From NCBI GenBank assembly GCA_009785175.1, contig WQWV01000002.1:22749-86748 (forward strand): 64,000 bases of DNA. Reading direction: 5' to 3'. Position 1 is the stretch's first letter; each line of letters opens with the position of its first letter. The notes below the pieces were generated by a model. That model had not been told where the DNA came from, did not search any database, and saw only the letters and a list, made by a program, of their open reading frames with translations. Origin of the DNA: Alphaproteobacteria bacterium (GTDB taxonomy: Bacteria > Pseudomonadota > Alphaproteobacteria > Rs-D84 > CACZYB01). Below are positions 45,802 through 55,462 of the stretch, in pieces. Position numbers and translations under genes: made by a program.

Positions 45802-46700
45802 TGATTGCGTTAGAGGCAAGGAGGAAATGGCTTGACTTCTTGCGCTCGGAGAGGCGGTTTTCGGCGCACACGTTGGTCGCATACGAAAACGATATCGGAG
45901 ATTTTTTGAAGTATGTCGGCGGGCGCGATTTGTCCGACATCTCCTTGCGCGAATTTCGCGGATTCGTCGCCACCATGGCGCGAGAGGAATTGCGCGCGAC
46001 CTCTATTGCCCGGAAAGTTTCGGCCCTTAAAAGCTTCTATCGATTCCTCGAGCAGAACGGGATAGCGAACAATCCATACGTCGCGATTTTGCGCCTGCCG
46101 AAGCAGCCGAAAAAACTTTCGAAATCGCTTGGCCACGAGGACGTGGGCGAGATTTTGGACGCCTTCAACGCGATCGCTAAACTACCATGGATAGCACGGA
46201 GAAATCGCGCATTATTTACTTTGATATATGGCGCTGGCTTGCGAATTTCCGAGGCGCTTGGCGTCAACATCGAGGCGGTGGGAGAGGACGAAATACGCAT
46301 TCGCGGCAAGGGATCGAAGGAGCGGATCGTGCCGCTTCTATCAGTTATAAAAACCGAGATCGAATCGTATATCAATGCTATGCCTTTTTCGCGCACGACC
46401 GGGCCGTTGTTCATCGGGGAAAAAGGAGCGAGGCTGTCGGCGCGCGTGGCGGAACGCGACTTTGCGGCGGCTAGAAATTATTTACAACTATCGGCAAGCG
46501 CTACGCCCCATTCACTTCGTCATTCGTTCGCGACGCACCTGCTTGCCGCGGGTGCCGATTTACGGACTATACAAGAGCTGCTTGGGCATTCGTCGTTGTC
46601 TACAACTCAACTTTATACCAAAACGGATATGGGCACGATCGCGAAGCAATATGCGAAATCGCATCCGCGGGCTTCGTTTAACAAAAAGTCCTTCGCGTAG
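45801..46700 (+). CDS. xerC: tyrosine recombinase XerC/XerD family
   Basis: core-binding N domain; catalytic R…HxxR…Y (HSLRHSFATHLL, LGHSSLSTTQLYT). Confidence 0.8.
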   Translation: MIALEARRKWLDFLRSERRFSAHTLVAYENDIGDFLKYVGGRDLSDISLREFRGFVATMAREELRATSIARKVSALKSFYRFLEQNGIANNPYVAILRLPKQPKKLSKSLGHEDVGEILDAFNAIAKLPWIARRNRALFTLIYGAGLRISEALGVNIEAVGEDEIRIRGKGSKERIVPLLSVIKTEIESYINAMPFSRTTGPLFIGEKGARLSARVAERDFAAARNYLQLSASATPHSLRHSFATHLLAAGADLRTIQELLGHSSLSTTQLYTKTDMGTIAKQYAKSHPRASFNKKSFA

Positions 46701-46800
46701 CAAGCGACGCCGAGCAGGGCGGCAAGCGGTGTATACCGCGCGCGTCCAGCGTGGGGGCGGCGGAGCGCGCGGAGCCCTTCGGGCTGGAGGGTCAAATTAT
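46697..46800. repeat. R3 structured repeat copy (stem CCGCGCGC/GCGCGCGG, loop GTCCAGCGTGGGGGCGGCGGA)
   Basis: 5' arm GACGCCGAGCAGGGCGG conserved. Confidence 0.8.
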
Positions 46801-46857
46801 GCAAGGTAGGAATTCCCTCCCCTTTATTCGGTGCCGGTCGTGCGCTACAATCCCCAC

Positions 46858-47385
46858 ATGAAAAAAATTACAGCATTTATCGGAGCGATTGCAGTCGCCC
46901 ATGGAGCATCGGCGATGGAACTTAAAAGCTCGTCTTTCGGGGACAACGAATTCATTCCGGTCGAGTATGTCGACACGCATTGCGCGGGCGAAAACATCTC
47001 GCCGGAATTACGATGGAGCGGGGCGCCCAAGGGAACCAAAAGCTTCGCGCTTGTCATGCACGATCCCGATGCTCCGCACGAGCATGGGTGGTATCACTGG
47101 ATCGTAATCGACATACCGCCAAGCGTGGCCGGAATCGGGCGCGGTGCGAAATTTTCCCCGCCTGCGCGAGAGCTTGCTAACAACTCGGGCGCACGAGGAT
47201 ACAGCGGTCCCTGTCCCCCAATCAACGGAGGAGTGCACCACTATCACTTCATGGTTTTCGCGCTTCAGGCGGAAACAGTTTCATTCGACGAGGAAATGCT
47301 GCCGCACGAGATCGCGAAACTTATACGCGACCTTGCGATCGACGGCGCGAAATTGACCGGGCTTTACGAAGTGGTGGAGAGATAA
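46858..47385 (+). CDS. YbhB/YbcL-family phosphatidylethanolamine-binding protein (PEBP/RKIP-like), secreted
   Basis: signal peptide; DPDAP and HHYHF motifs of bacterial PEBP. Confidence 0.75.
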   Translation: MKKITAFIGAIAVAHGASAMELKSSSFGDNEFIPVEYVDTHCAGENISPELRWSGAPKGTKSFALVMHDPDAPHEHGWYHWIVIDIPPSVAGIGRGAKFSPPARELANNSGARGYSGPCPPINGGVHHYHFMVFALQAETVSFDEEMLPHEIAKLIRDLAIDGAKLTGLYEVVER

Positions 47386-47439
47386 GTTTTAATTGCATAT
47401 CGCGCGCTCTGAAGATATAATTATTTTTCGGAGGCGGCA

Positions 47440-49215
47440 TTGATCACCTGGAACTCGAACGGCAAAGTCGGCGGCAAGGGAGCTGCGTTATTTCGATTGA
47501 CCGATATGGGTTTGCCGGTGCCGGAATTCTTCGTCGTGTCGACCGACGCGATGGCGGCATTCATAAAAGAAAACGATATACGGGCCGGAGATTCCAAGGC
47601 TATCATGCGCGGAAAACTTTCGCCTGAGCTCGAGAAGGAAATTACCGCCGCCGCTGCTGCGCTGGGGGGGGGTAAATTCTCCGTTCGTTCGTCCGCGACG
47701 ATGGAGGACGGAGCCGAAAAATCCTTCGCGGGGCAATTTTCTTCTTTCTTGAATGTCGACAAAAAGGGCTTGCCTGCGGCGATCAAAAAAGTGTGGGCAT
47801 CGTTGTTTTCCGGCGGAGCGGCCGCGTATGCCGGGCGCGGATTCGATTCACATTCCATGGCAGTCATAGTTCAAAAGATGGTGAAGCCTTACGCCGCAGG
47901 AGTCGCCTTCTCGATCAACCCTATGGCCGCCGATAAAAACTATATGCTTATCGAATCGTGCGCGGGCACGGGCGACAAGCTTGTGTCCGGAAAAATCACG
48001 CCCTCTAAATATTTCGTGCGTAGATCGTCCAAAAAAACAGACGCGGTTTATGGGCGCCGGCATATATCCGAATCATCGCTTAAAAAGCTTGCCTCGTTCG
48101 TGCTTGAAATCGAGCAGGAATTCGGCACGCCGACCGATGTAGAATGGTGCGCGTCGGCAAGCGGCAAAATCCATATACTACAGGCCAGGCCGATAACATC
48201 CTTCGCGCCGGCACCGATCGAATACAGAAAACTTTTCTCGCGCCCGCATTCGATAATGAAACTTCAACTTTACAGACATGCCGAAGACGACGGGTTGAGG
48301 GCGCTTACGAACGGGGATTATCATTACACGCCTTTGTTCACATACGACGCGGCAAGGGACACCGTCGACGTTCATTACAATTTCAATGCGCCCGAGCAGC
48401 ACCCGGCAAATATCCTTCGCGAGATGGATTGCCGATACGCATGGACGGCCAACAAATACCGCGCGGCGGAGAAGGCGGTTCCGGCGGTGCTTGAATACAT
48501 ATCGGGAAAAAGGAAATTCGAGGCCGAAAAATTCCTTGGGCTTTTGCGCATGGTTTATACGCTTTCGAATCTTGGCAACGTGTCGGAGTATACGAAATCG
48601 AAAAGAATGCGGCGACTTGCGGCGGGATTCAGAAAGAAATACGACTATGTCGCCTATCGCGCCGAGGACTTCTTGATCGAAAAGGCGGCCGAGGTCGCGG
48701 CGCCGGAACTAAGGGACGACCTTCGCTTCTTAACCTTCGAAGAAGTGTTCGGAGGACGGCGCGTGTCGCGGCGCGAAATCGACGTCCGTAAAAAAGGGTT
48801 CGTGTATTTCGGCGGAGAGTTGACATGCGCGGCAAGCCTTAAACCGGTGCTTGAGAAAAATAATTTTTTCATCGCGGAGGAGGCGCCGAAACACGGAGCG
48901 CTTAGGGGACAGTCGATATGTCGCGGCGTGGCCACCGGTGTCGTGCGAATCATCTATGGCCCGAAGGACTTCGGCAAATTCCGGGCGGGCGACATAATAG
49001 TCGCGCCGATGACCTTGCCAAGCTTCACGCCGTTGATGAAAATCGCCGCCGCAATCATAACGGACGAGGGCGGTGCGACGTGCCATGCCGCGATAGTCGC
49101 GCGCGAGCTTAAGGTTCCATGTATCATAGGCGTGAAAAACGCGACGTCGGTTTTGGCGGACGGAGAGAAAATAAGGGTCGACGCGAATACCGGCGCTATT
49201 TCCTATGAACGCTGA
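47440..49215 (+). CDS. PEP-utilising enzyme family protein (pyruvate,water dikinase-like N-terminal ATP-grasp + C-terminal phosphohistidine mobile domain); TTG start; G9 tract in codons ~75-77
   Basis: C-terminal GGATCHAAIVARELKVPCIIGV; N-terminal PPDK_N-like. Confidence 0.7.
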   Translation: MITWNSNGKVGGKGAALFRLTDMGLPVPEFFVVSTDAMAAFIKENDIRAGDSKAIMRGKLSPELEKEITAAAAALGGGKFSVRSSATMEDGAEKSFAGQFSSFLNVDKKGLPAAIKKVWASLFSGGAAAYAGRGFDSHSMAVIVQKMVKPYAAGVAFSINPMAADKNYMLIESCAGTGDKLVSGKITPSKYFVRRSSKKTDAVYGRRHISESSLKKLASFVLEIEQEFGTPTDVEWCASASGKIHILQARPITSFAPAPIEYRKLFSRPHSIMKLQLYRHAEDDGLRALTNGDYHYTPLFTYDAARDTVDVHYNFNAPEQHPANILREMDCRYAWTANKYRAAEKAVPAVLEYISGKRKFEAEKFLGLLRMVYTLSNLGNVSEYTKSKRMRRLAAGFRKKYDYVAYRAEDFLIEKAAEVAAPELRDDLRFLTFEEVFGGRRVSRREIDVRKKGFVYFGGELTCAASLKPVLEKNNFFIAEEAPKHGALRGQSICRGVATGVVRIIYGPKDFGKFRAGDIIVAPMTLPSFTPLMKIAAAIITDEGGATCHAAIVARELKVPCIIGVKNATSVLADGEKIRVDANTGAISYER

Positions 49216-49564
49216 CCTTGAACAAATCCCCGTCGACGGTTTCGATTTCGAAATCAAGCGCGCCCGCGGCCCAGATTTCGCGATACAGTTTCTTAATGCT
49301 CCGACCGTTGAACGGGCATGAAAAATTTTCCCATTTGCCGTCTGGTAAAACAACCGCCGTTATTTTTTCCTTTATGTCCGGGCGTTTGTTTATCAGTCCG
49401 ATGGAATAAAGCATAGAATCGTCCCCCAACTCATATCCCAAACACTTAAAGGGAATATCGGGATATTTCTTTTCCATTTCGGATACGAATTCCCCGATGA
49501 GTTTCATTTGGGAATCATCGGCGTCAACGGGAAACCTGCGCTCGAATCCATAGAATATATCCAC
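49196..49564 (-). CDS. hypothetical protein (122 aa)
   Basis: co-directional with deoC-like gene. Confidence 0.4.
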   Translation of the reverse strand: MDIFYGFERRFPVDADDSQMKLIGEFVSEMEKKYPDIPFKCLGYELGDDSMLYSIGLINKRPDIKEKITAVVLPDGKWENFSCPFNGRSIKKLYREIWAAGALDFEIETVDGDLFKVSVHRK

Positions 49565-50281
49565 TCATTCCCCCTTCGCCACATAACGAATCGCCGCGAG
49601 CGGAACGCTTACCACAAGCCGGTTAATCGGAGTCTTGATTATCTTGCCGAAAAGGCGGAACGCCTCGTCCACAATGAATTCCCCCGAGTTAGAATCGAAA
49701 CAAAAATCCACCTGCTTTTCCGCAAAACGCGCCTCCTCGAGCACGGCGTTAAGATGCGCGAGCGTGGAATTCTTCACATTGAAACCGCTTGCCGTCTTGA
49801 TACATTTTATATTATAGCCCGAAAGCAGGTGCACCGCGCGCTTTATATCCGCCGCTCCGGGCAGCACCGCCGTTTCAAGCGCTATCTTAAGCGGCGTTTT
49901 GCCGTTGCCGCTGGCCTCGATCGCCGCAAGCAGATACTCGTCGATCACCGCCGGAATATTATCATAGTTCACACAGAAAAATCCGGCGGGAAGCGCGACC
50001 TCGACCATACCCGCGCCGCGCGCGACCGCGTCCTTGATTTCCCTGAAAATTATCTCGGGCAGACTAAGCGCAGTCGCAGCGTCGATCAAACCCACGCGAG
50101 TAATAGAAGTGTTCTTTGTCCACTTGAACGCGTCGTCAAGGCGGGTGCGCGGAACCGTTATATAACCGAAGCCGCGCGCAATCGCCTCTTTGCACATGAA
50201 CGCAAGGTCAAGCGCGTCCGGCTCGCGCGGGCTGCTGAGGTTAAGGCGTGCGGAGTATTTGTCTAATTGATTATATTGCAT
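49565..50281 (-). CDS. DeoC/LacD-family class I aldolase (deoxyribose-phosphate aldolase-like)
   Basis: Schiff-base lysine context IKTASGF; TIM-barrel aldolase pattern. Confidence 0.55.
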   Translation of the reverse strand: MQYNQLDKYSARLNLSSPREPDALDLAFMCKEAIARGFGYITVPRTRLDDAFKWTKNTSITRVGLIDAATALSLPEIIFREIKDAVARGAGMVEVALPAGFFCVNYDNIPAVIDEYLLAAIEASGNGKTPLKIALETAVLPGAADIKRAVHLLSGYNIKCIKTASGFNVKNSTLAHLNAVLEEARFAEKQVDFCFDSNSGEFIVDEAFRLFGKIIKTPINRLVVSVPLAAIRYVAKGE

Positions 50282-50313
50282 TGCTTTATATCCGAGTATA
50301 TAATACCACGGAT

Positions 50314-51054
50314 ATGAGAAAGTTCAAAGTCATTTTGGCGTTCGGCGCCGCACTTGTTTTCGCGGGTCCTATTAGAGCGGAAACACGCGACCTATGGCCA
50401 TACTTTTCACGCAATATGCACGAGTTCAACATGGGATTCGTCCGCGCGGTTCAACCAAACATAGAAGAATACCGTCGGGACAAGATTCCGTTCGTGCACA
50501 GGAGTCTTCTTAACTTCACTCGCAACTTCTCGGAACCCACCAACTTTGTAAACTCGACGCTTACCGCCGATTTGGAAAGCATGGGCGTGTCGCTTGGCCG
50601 GTTCGTCATCAATTCTACCGTCGGCCTACTCGGAATATTCGACGTGGCAAGCGAAATAGGGCTCAAGCGCGACCGACGCGACTTCGGCACCACCCTCGGA
50701 TTCTGGGGCGTGCCGGAAATGGGATTCTTCGAGGTGCCTATCGCAGGGCCAAAGACCACACGCGACGCAGTGGGTTGGGCGGGCGACGCAGCTATGGATC
50801 CGTGGAACTGGGTGATCGGATTCTGGCCGGCGTTCGCGATCGGGCTTGTCGGAGGACTTTTGGAATTCGACGAGAACTATGACGTGATTTACAACTTCCA
50901 GATGAACGCGATCGACTCGTATGCCTCGCTTAAATCCCTACACCTACAGATGAGGCAGCGTCGAATCGACGAGGTCAACAGCCTATTCTTCACCGGGCGC
51001 GTGCGGCCCAACTCGTGGGAGTTCGACATGGACATGGCGATGGACGAAGAATGA
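50314..51054 (+). CDS. mlaA: MlaA/VacJ family lipoprotein
   Basis: signal peptide; …NSTVGLLGIFDVASEIGL… VacJ signature. Confidence 0.8.
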   Translation: MRKFKVILAFGAALVFAGPIRAETRDLWPYFSRNMHEFNMGFVRAVQPNIEEYRRDKIPFVHRSLLNFTRNFSEPTNFVNSTLTADLESMGVSLGRFVINSTVGLLGIFDVASEIGLKRDRRDFGTTLGFWGVPEMGFFEVPIAGPKTTRDAVGWAGDAAMDPWNWVIGFWPAFAIGLVGGLLEFDENYDVIYNFQMNAIDSYASLKSLHLQMRQRRIDEVNSLFFTGRVRPNSWEFDMDMAMDEE

Positions 51055-51941
51055 TTAAAATCAGTATAGAAGAGGATTGCGGAAAACTTAATTCTTTTCT
51101 AAAGAAGAAATATCCCTCGCTTACGCTTACACATCTTCAGAAACTATGCCGCGTGGGAGAAATACGAATCAACGGCAAGCGCGTTGAGTATAAGGCGCCG
51201 CTTTGCGCCGGCGACGAGCTTAAACTTCCGCCGTTCATCGTCGAATACGAAGCGCCAAGGAAGATTTCCCGATTTGACACGGCGCAGCTCGACCTTATCC
51301 TTGAGAACATATTGTATCAAGATTCCGAAATCGTAGTCATCAACAAACCCGAAGGCCTTGCGTCCCAAGGAGGAAGCAAAGTCCTTATCTCGGCAGACCG
51401 ACTTATCAACGAGGCATTGGGCGGAGAATTCCGTCTTGTCCACCGGCTTGATTCGGAGACCAGCGGAGCGTTGGTGTTCGCTAAAAACTACAATGCAGCA
51501 AAGGAGATTGCCGACATGTTCGGGCGGCGCGAAGTGGAAAAAACCTATGTCGCGCTATGCCTTGGAAACACCGAGCGCAAAAGCGGCACTATCACGCGCC
51601 CGATTGAAAACAAAGAGGGCAAGGCGCAGAAAGCCGAAACGCAATACCGCGTGCTTGACGAAGCCTTCGGGCTTTTCAGCATTGTCGAATTCAAACCGCT
51701 TACCGGTCGAATGCATCAAATACGCATACACGCGAAATCCATCGGAATGCCCATAGTGGGAGATGCGAAATACTCGCTTCGCGGGGCGATGGAAAAGCTC
51801 GAGGAACGACTTGGTTTCAAACTGCCGCGCCGAATGTTCCTTCATGCCTATAAAATCGCGATACCGGAAAAGAAGATCATTACCGCGCCGATGCCGAAGG
51901 ATTTTTCGGCCGTCATGAAGCCGCTGGGGCTTGCGCTATGA
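51051..51941 (+). CDS. RluA-family 23S rRNA pseudouridine synthase (RluC/RluD-like, S4 domain + catalytic domain)
   Basis: HRLDSETSGALVFAK catalytic Asp motif. Confidence 0.8.
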   Translation: MIKISIEEDCGKLNSFLKKKYPSLTLTHLQKLCRVGEIRINGKRVEYKAPLCAGDELKLPPFIVEYEAPRKISRFDTAQLDLILENILYQDSEIVVINKPEGLASQGGSKVLISADRLINEALGGEFRLVHRLDSETSGALVFAKNYNAAKEIADMFGRREVEKTYVALCLGNTERKSGTITRPIENKEGKAQKAETQYRVLDEAFGLFSIVEFKPLTGRMHQIRIHAKSIGMPIVGDAKYSLRGAMEKLEERLGFKLPRRMFLHAYKIAIPEKKIITAPMPKDFSAVMKPLGLAL

Positions 51942-54055
51942 TGAAAAAAATGATCGGCCTTGTTTCGCACCTCGTCGGACTTATGAAGTTTGCGCTGTTC
52001 GTGCTTGTCGCCGCAATGGTCGCGATCTTTATCGCAATGTTCAACACCGACCCCGGCGAATACAGGCTTGAGATCGAGCGCAACATCACCGCCATCGTCG
52101 GGCGCGAGGCAAGAATCTCGGGAAGCCTTCGCTGGAAAATGTCGCCGTTTACGCCCGGTATCGAAATCTCGGGCCTTAAGATATTCGACCAGAACGGACG
52201 GGATAAGTTCATAACCGCCGACGATGTCGCAGCGAACCTTTCCATACGCGACATTGTCCGCGGACGGCTTGTCATAGACTCGGTCGATATAAACGCGCCG
52301 ATGATAAGCCTTAACATATCCGAAGGAGGCAAGCGCAACTGGGACTTCACAAGTCTTAACGGAGGACGCAGAGGCGAGGATTCCGACAGCCTTAACATAA
52401 ACATCAACAGAATAAACATAACGGATGCGAAAATAGTATACCGCGATATGCGCGACAACACCGAGGTGATAGCCAGGATACAGCGCGCCACGCTTTCCAT
52501 GGCCTCTGCGATGGAAATAAACCTTAACATTGCCGCAATGATCGAGGGGCATGCCGTATCCGGCACATTCCGCACAACACGCCTTGCCGGAGAGGAATTC
52601 GTATCCATACTTGGCAGCATCAACGCTTTTAACGGGCGCGCGCGCGTCATGGGCAAGATACGCAACGTCGACGGGCGGCAGGTGGCGGCGGCTAATGTCA
52701 GGATATCGCTTGAAAATCTAATGAACCTTCCGTGGGTGCCGAATAATCCCGAAAGGTTCGAGGCGCCTATCGCATCCGAATTCGACATAATAATCGACGG
52801 GAGGCGAATAAAGCTTGAAAACCTATCCGCGAACTTTAAGAACCTCTCGATCGCCGGCAAGGCGGATATAGACATTTCCGGCGCGCGGCCGCGAATAATC
52901 GCCGAGATTGCCGCGCCAATGCTTGACATACCAACCATATTCTATCCCGCATGGGAAGAGGCATACCGCGCGCGCGTAGCAGATCCCCGTAAACGAAGGC
53001 TAAGCACTGGCTGGGCGGCGAATGCTATGGCTTTTGCGGGCACGCCATTATATCCACAACTGTTGGATTTGGCGGACATGGAGCTTAGTATCAAAATCAC
53101 GCGCCTTATGGCTATGCCCGACAAGAGCGTCGATAACATAGAACTACGCGCACTTGTCGCAGGCGGACAGGCAATAATCGAGCCCCTTCGTTTCGAATAC
53201 AAGGGTGGGCGGACACATGGCCGAGCGTTCGCACAAAACATCGACGGCGAGCTTGACGCTCTATTGCTTTTCCACTCGAACACCAATATCGGAAAAATAG
53301 TCGATTCCACCGGCTATCCCGGCCTTGTCATAGGAGGGGACGCAAGAGTCGATGCTGCTGCGATGGCGCGCGGCCCGGATTTGACCACATTCGTATCCTC
53401 GATGAACGGCGTGTTGCGCGCGCATACTACAAGCAAGGCCAAGACCGTCAGGATCGAAAGCATATTCGCGGCCCAGGACATCGCAACCTCGATCGCGCGG
53501 ACATTCTTGCCTGGCGGTAGGCGGACAAGCGACATATCCTGCCTTGCAATAAACATTCCAATACGGGGCGGCGTGGCATTCTCGGAACGCGGGATAGCAA
53601 TCGAAACTCAGGCCGCGAACATCGTCATCGATGGCAAGGTCGACCTTGGGCGCGAGAGAATCGACGCCTCGATCATCACGCTTGACAAGGGACCGAACCT
53701 GTCCCTTTCCATATCCGATTTGGTGCGCATACACGGTTCGATCGCAAACCCGGAAATCGGGATCAGCAGAAGCGGGCTTACCGCAACAGCACTTGATATC
53801 GGCGTCGCGACCGCTGTGGTAGGCACGATCGGAATCTTGACGGGGGGCATAGGGTTGGCTGCTGCTGGCGGACTTGGCGTATTGGGCAACGCGTGGCTTA
53901 ACGCGCTTGAGGCCGACAGGACGCCGTGCCTGACCGCACTTGGAAATACGGCCGTGATGTTGGACGCGGCGGGCGAAACAGTGTCCGTCAGGGGCGAGGT
54001 GGAGCGGTTGTTGAACCTGCGCGAGAAAGAAGTCCGGGCGGCTTGGAAGCGTTAA
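51938..54055 (+). CDS. AsmA-family outer-membrane biogenesis protein
   Basis: N-terminal TM anchor; long beta-rich periplasmic region; AsmA N- and C-terminal domain patterns. Confidence 0.65.
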   Translation: MMKKMIGLVSHLVGLMKFALFVLVAAMVAIFIAMFNTDPGEYRLEIERNITAIVGREARISGSLRWKMSPFTPGIEISGLKIFDQNGRDKFITADDVAANLSIRDIVRGRLVIDSVDINAPMISLNISEGGKRNWDFTSLNGGRRGEDSDSLNININRINITDAKIVYRDMRDNTEVIARIQRATLSMASAMEINLNIAAMIEGHAVSGTFRTTRLAGEEFVSILGSINAFNGRARVMGKIRNVDGRQVAAANVRISLENLMNLPWVPNNPERFEAPIASEFDIIIDGRRIKLENLSANFKNLSIAGKADIDISGARPRIIAEIAAPMLDIPTIFYPAWEEAYRARVADPRKRRLSTGWAANAMAFAGTPLYPQLLDLADMELSIKITRLMAMPDKSVDNIELRALVAGGQAIIEPLRFEYKGGRTHGRAFAQNIDGELDALLLFHSNTNIGKIVDSTGYPGLVIGGDARVDAAAMARGPDLTTFVSSMNGVLRAHTTSKAKTVRIESIFAAQDIATSIARTFLPGGRRTSDISCLAINIPIRGGVAFSERGIAIETQAANIVIDGKVDLGRERIDASIITLDKGPNLSLSISDLVRIHGSIANPEIGISRSGLTATALDIGVATAVVGTIGILTGGIGLAAAGGLGVLGNAWLNALEADRTPCLTALGNTAVMLDAAGETVSVRGEVERLLNLREKEVRAAWKR

Positions 54056-54104
54056 ACAAAAAGTCCTTCACTTCGTTCAGTGTACTTTTTGTTAGGGAAT
54101 TCTT

Positions 54105-54141
54105 GTCTTCACTACGCTTATAAATGCCGCTTCGTGAAGAC
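54105..54141 (+). repeat. hairpin A: 8-bp stem GTCTTCAC/GTGAAGAC, 21-nt loop TACGCTTATAAATGCCGCTTC, followed by T-rich run
   Basis: partner hairpin B at 54595-54631 has same loop, different but complementary stem. Confidence 0.8.
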
Positions 54142-54206
54142 GGGTTTTGTTTTCTTATATAACCCCTTGATTTTTCATAGCGATAAGTATATATTTAGTC
54201 CACTTT

Positions 54207-54289
54207 GGGGGTGTGGCGGAATTGGTAGACGCGCTAGACTCAAAATCTGGTTGGAAACAGTGTGGGTTCGATTCCCACCGCCCCTACCA
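54207..54289 (+). tRNA. tRNA-Leu (anticodon CAA), type II with long variable arm
   Basis: GGGGGTG acceptor, TGGCGGAATTGGTAGAC D arm, anticodon loop CTCAAAA, long variable arm, GGGTTCGATTCCC T arm, CCA encoded. Confidence 0.85.
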
Positions 54290-54431
54290 AAAAGTTTTAT
54301 GCCCTTGCGGCATAGAAATTTTTTGGTGAGAGATGATGGAAAGAAGCCATAAAAGTGGGTTCGGAACAAGGCGAGAGGTGAGCGAAGCGAGCGAGCCGCA
54401 GTGAACGCGGAGGGCACAGCCCGAAGCGAAC

Positions 54432-54450
54432 ATTCCCACCGCCCCTACCA
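54432..54450 (+). repeat. exact 19-nt direct repeat of tRNA-Leu 3' end (ATTCCCACCGCCCCTACCA), 161 bp downstream
   Basis: identical to 54271-54289. Confidence 0.9.
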
Positions 54451-54594
54451 CCCTTCGCCTCTGCGAGGCTTCGGGTGGCAAGCCGCCCGAACAAGTAAGA
54501 GGGCGAAGGTGTGCCCTCCGAAGCTTTAGCGAAGGACGGGCTGAAGTGATTACAAATCTCAGGCAACCTCTGAGATTTAATTTGGGAAAGTCGT

Positions 54595-54631
54595 GTCCTA
54601 ACTACGTTTATAAATGCCGCTATGTTAGGAC
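54595..54631 (+). repeat. hairpin B: stem GTCCTAAC/GTTAGGAC, loop TACGTTTATAAATGCCGCTAT
   Basis: see hairpin A. Confidence 0.8.
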
Positions 54632-54696
54632 GAAATTTTTGAAAGAGGGGGAAGAAGAATTAACAACGCCGCGCAAGTGTCGGCTGATATAGGGCT

Positions 54697-54909
54697 ATGA
54701 TGAAAAAATACGGCACATTGGATATAATCGACTATATGATATGGTCCAACGCAACGCGATACGGAGCAGATGAAAACGCGATCAAACAGCTGATGAACCT
54801 TATCTTTTCGATGTTCAACTCACCGCTATATATTATGGAGCTTTGCAGTCGGCAGTCCCGAGCGGCATACATTGCCGAAATGGGCGATCCAAACAAATGG
54901 GGAAGATAG
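54697..54909 (+). CDS. hypothetical small protein (70 aa), GC-poor
   Basis: ORF after tRNA-Leu locus. Confidence 0.35.
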   Translation: MMKKYGTLDIIDYMIWSNATRYGADENAIKQLMNLIFSMFNSPLYIMELCSRQSRAAYIAEMGDPNKWGR

Positions 54910-54919
54910 GGTATAAAAC

Positions 54920-55456
54920 ATGATTTTCGTGCATGAATCCAATAAAAGAAACAGGCGCAATCTTGGCCGATCGATCGCAAAGATAAGAGCCGAGCTTGAA
55001 AAGGTAGCACCGAACAGCCGCGAATTCGAAATACTGTGCGGGCGACTTTTGGCCCTGTTCGTAATAAAGCACGACATCGCCGGGCCCAAAAAGCCCTTTG
55101 TCGCGGACAATGCCAAAATCGCCATTTGGGAAATAGAGAACAAGGAAAGAGGGCTTAGGGAATTCATGCTTGCGGCAATGGAATTCTATACCGACGACGA
55201 ATATTTCAAACGCGCAGCAACCGACAAGGGCACAAGAATCAACTCTTTGTCGACGCCATTTTACCAAGAACTTAGAAACTGGGACGTGGTCATAATGGAC
55301 GAGGCATACATCGCCGCGCTTAAGGCGGACCAGGACGACGAGGTGGAAAGAATAAACAAGAGTGGGAAAGAGCAAAAGCTGATAGAACACAATAAGGCAT
55401 ATGAGAAAATCAGAAAAGAGCTTTTGGAAATAAACAAGGTTCGAGCGGGGAAATAA
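54920..55456 (+). CDS. hypothetical protein (178 aa), GC-poor
   Basis: ORF; no motif. Confidence 0.45.
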   Translation: MIFVHESNKRNRRNLGRSIAKIRAELEKVAPNSREFEILCGRLLALFVIKHDIAGPKKPFVADNAKIAIWEIENKERGLREFMLAAMEFYTDDEYFKRAATDKGTRINSLSTPFYQELRNWDVVIMDEAYIAALKADQDDEVERINKSGKEQKLIEHNKAYEKIRKELLEINKVRAGK

Positions 55457-55462
55457 GCGTAG

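Noticed and set aside
45801-46700. Tyrosine recombinase as a mobile-element integrase
   Set aside because: The N-terminal and C-terminal motifs fit housekeeping XerC/XerD. It is not adjacent to either tRNA scar.
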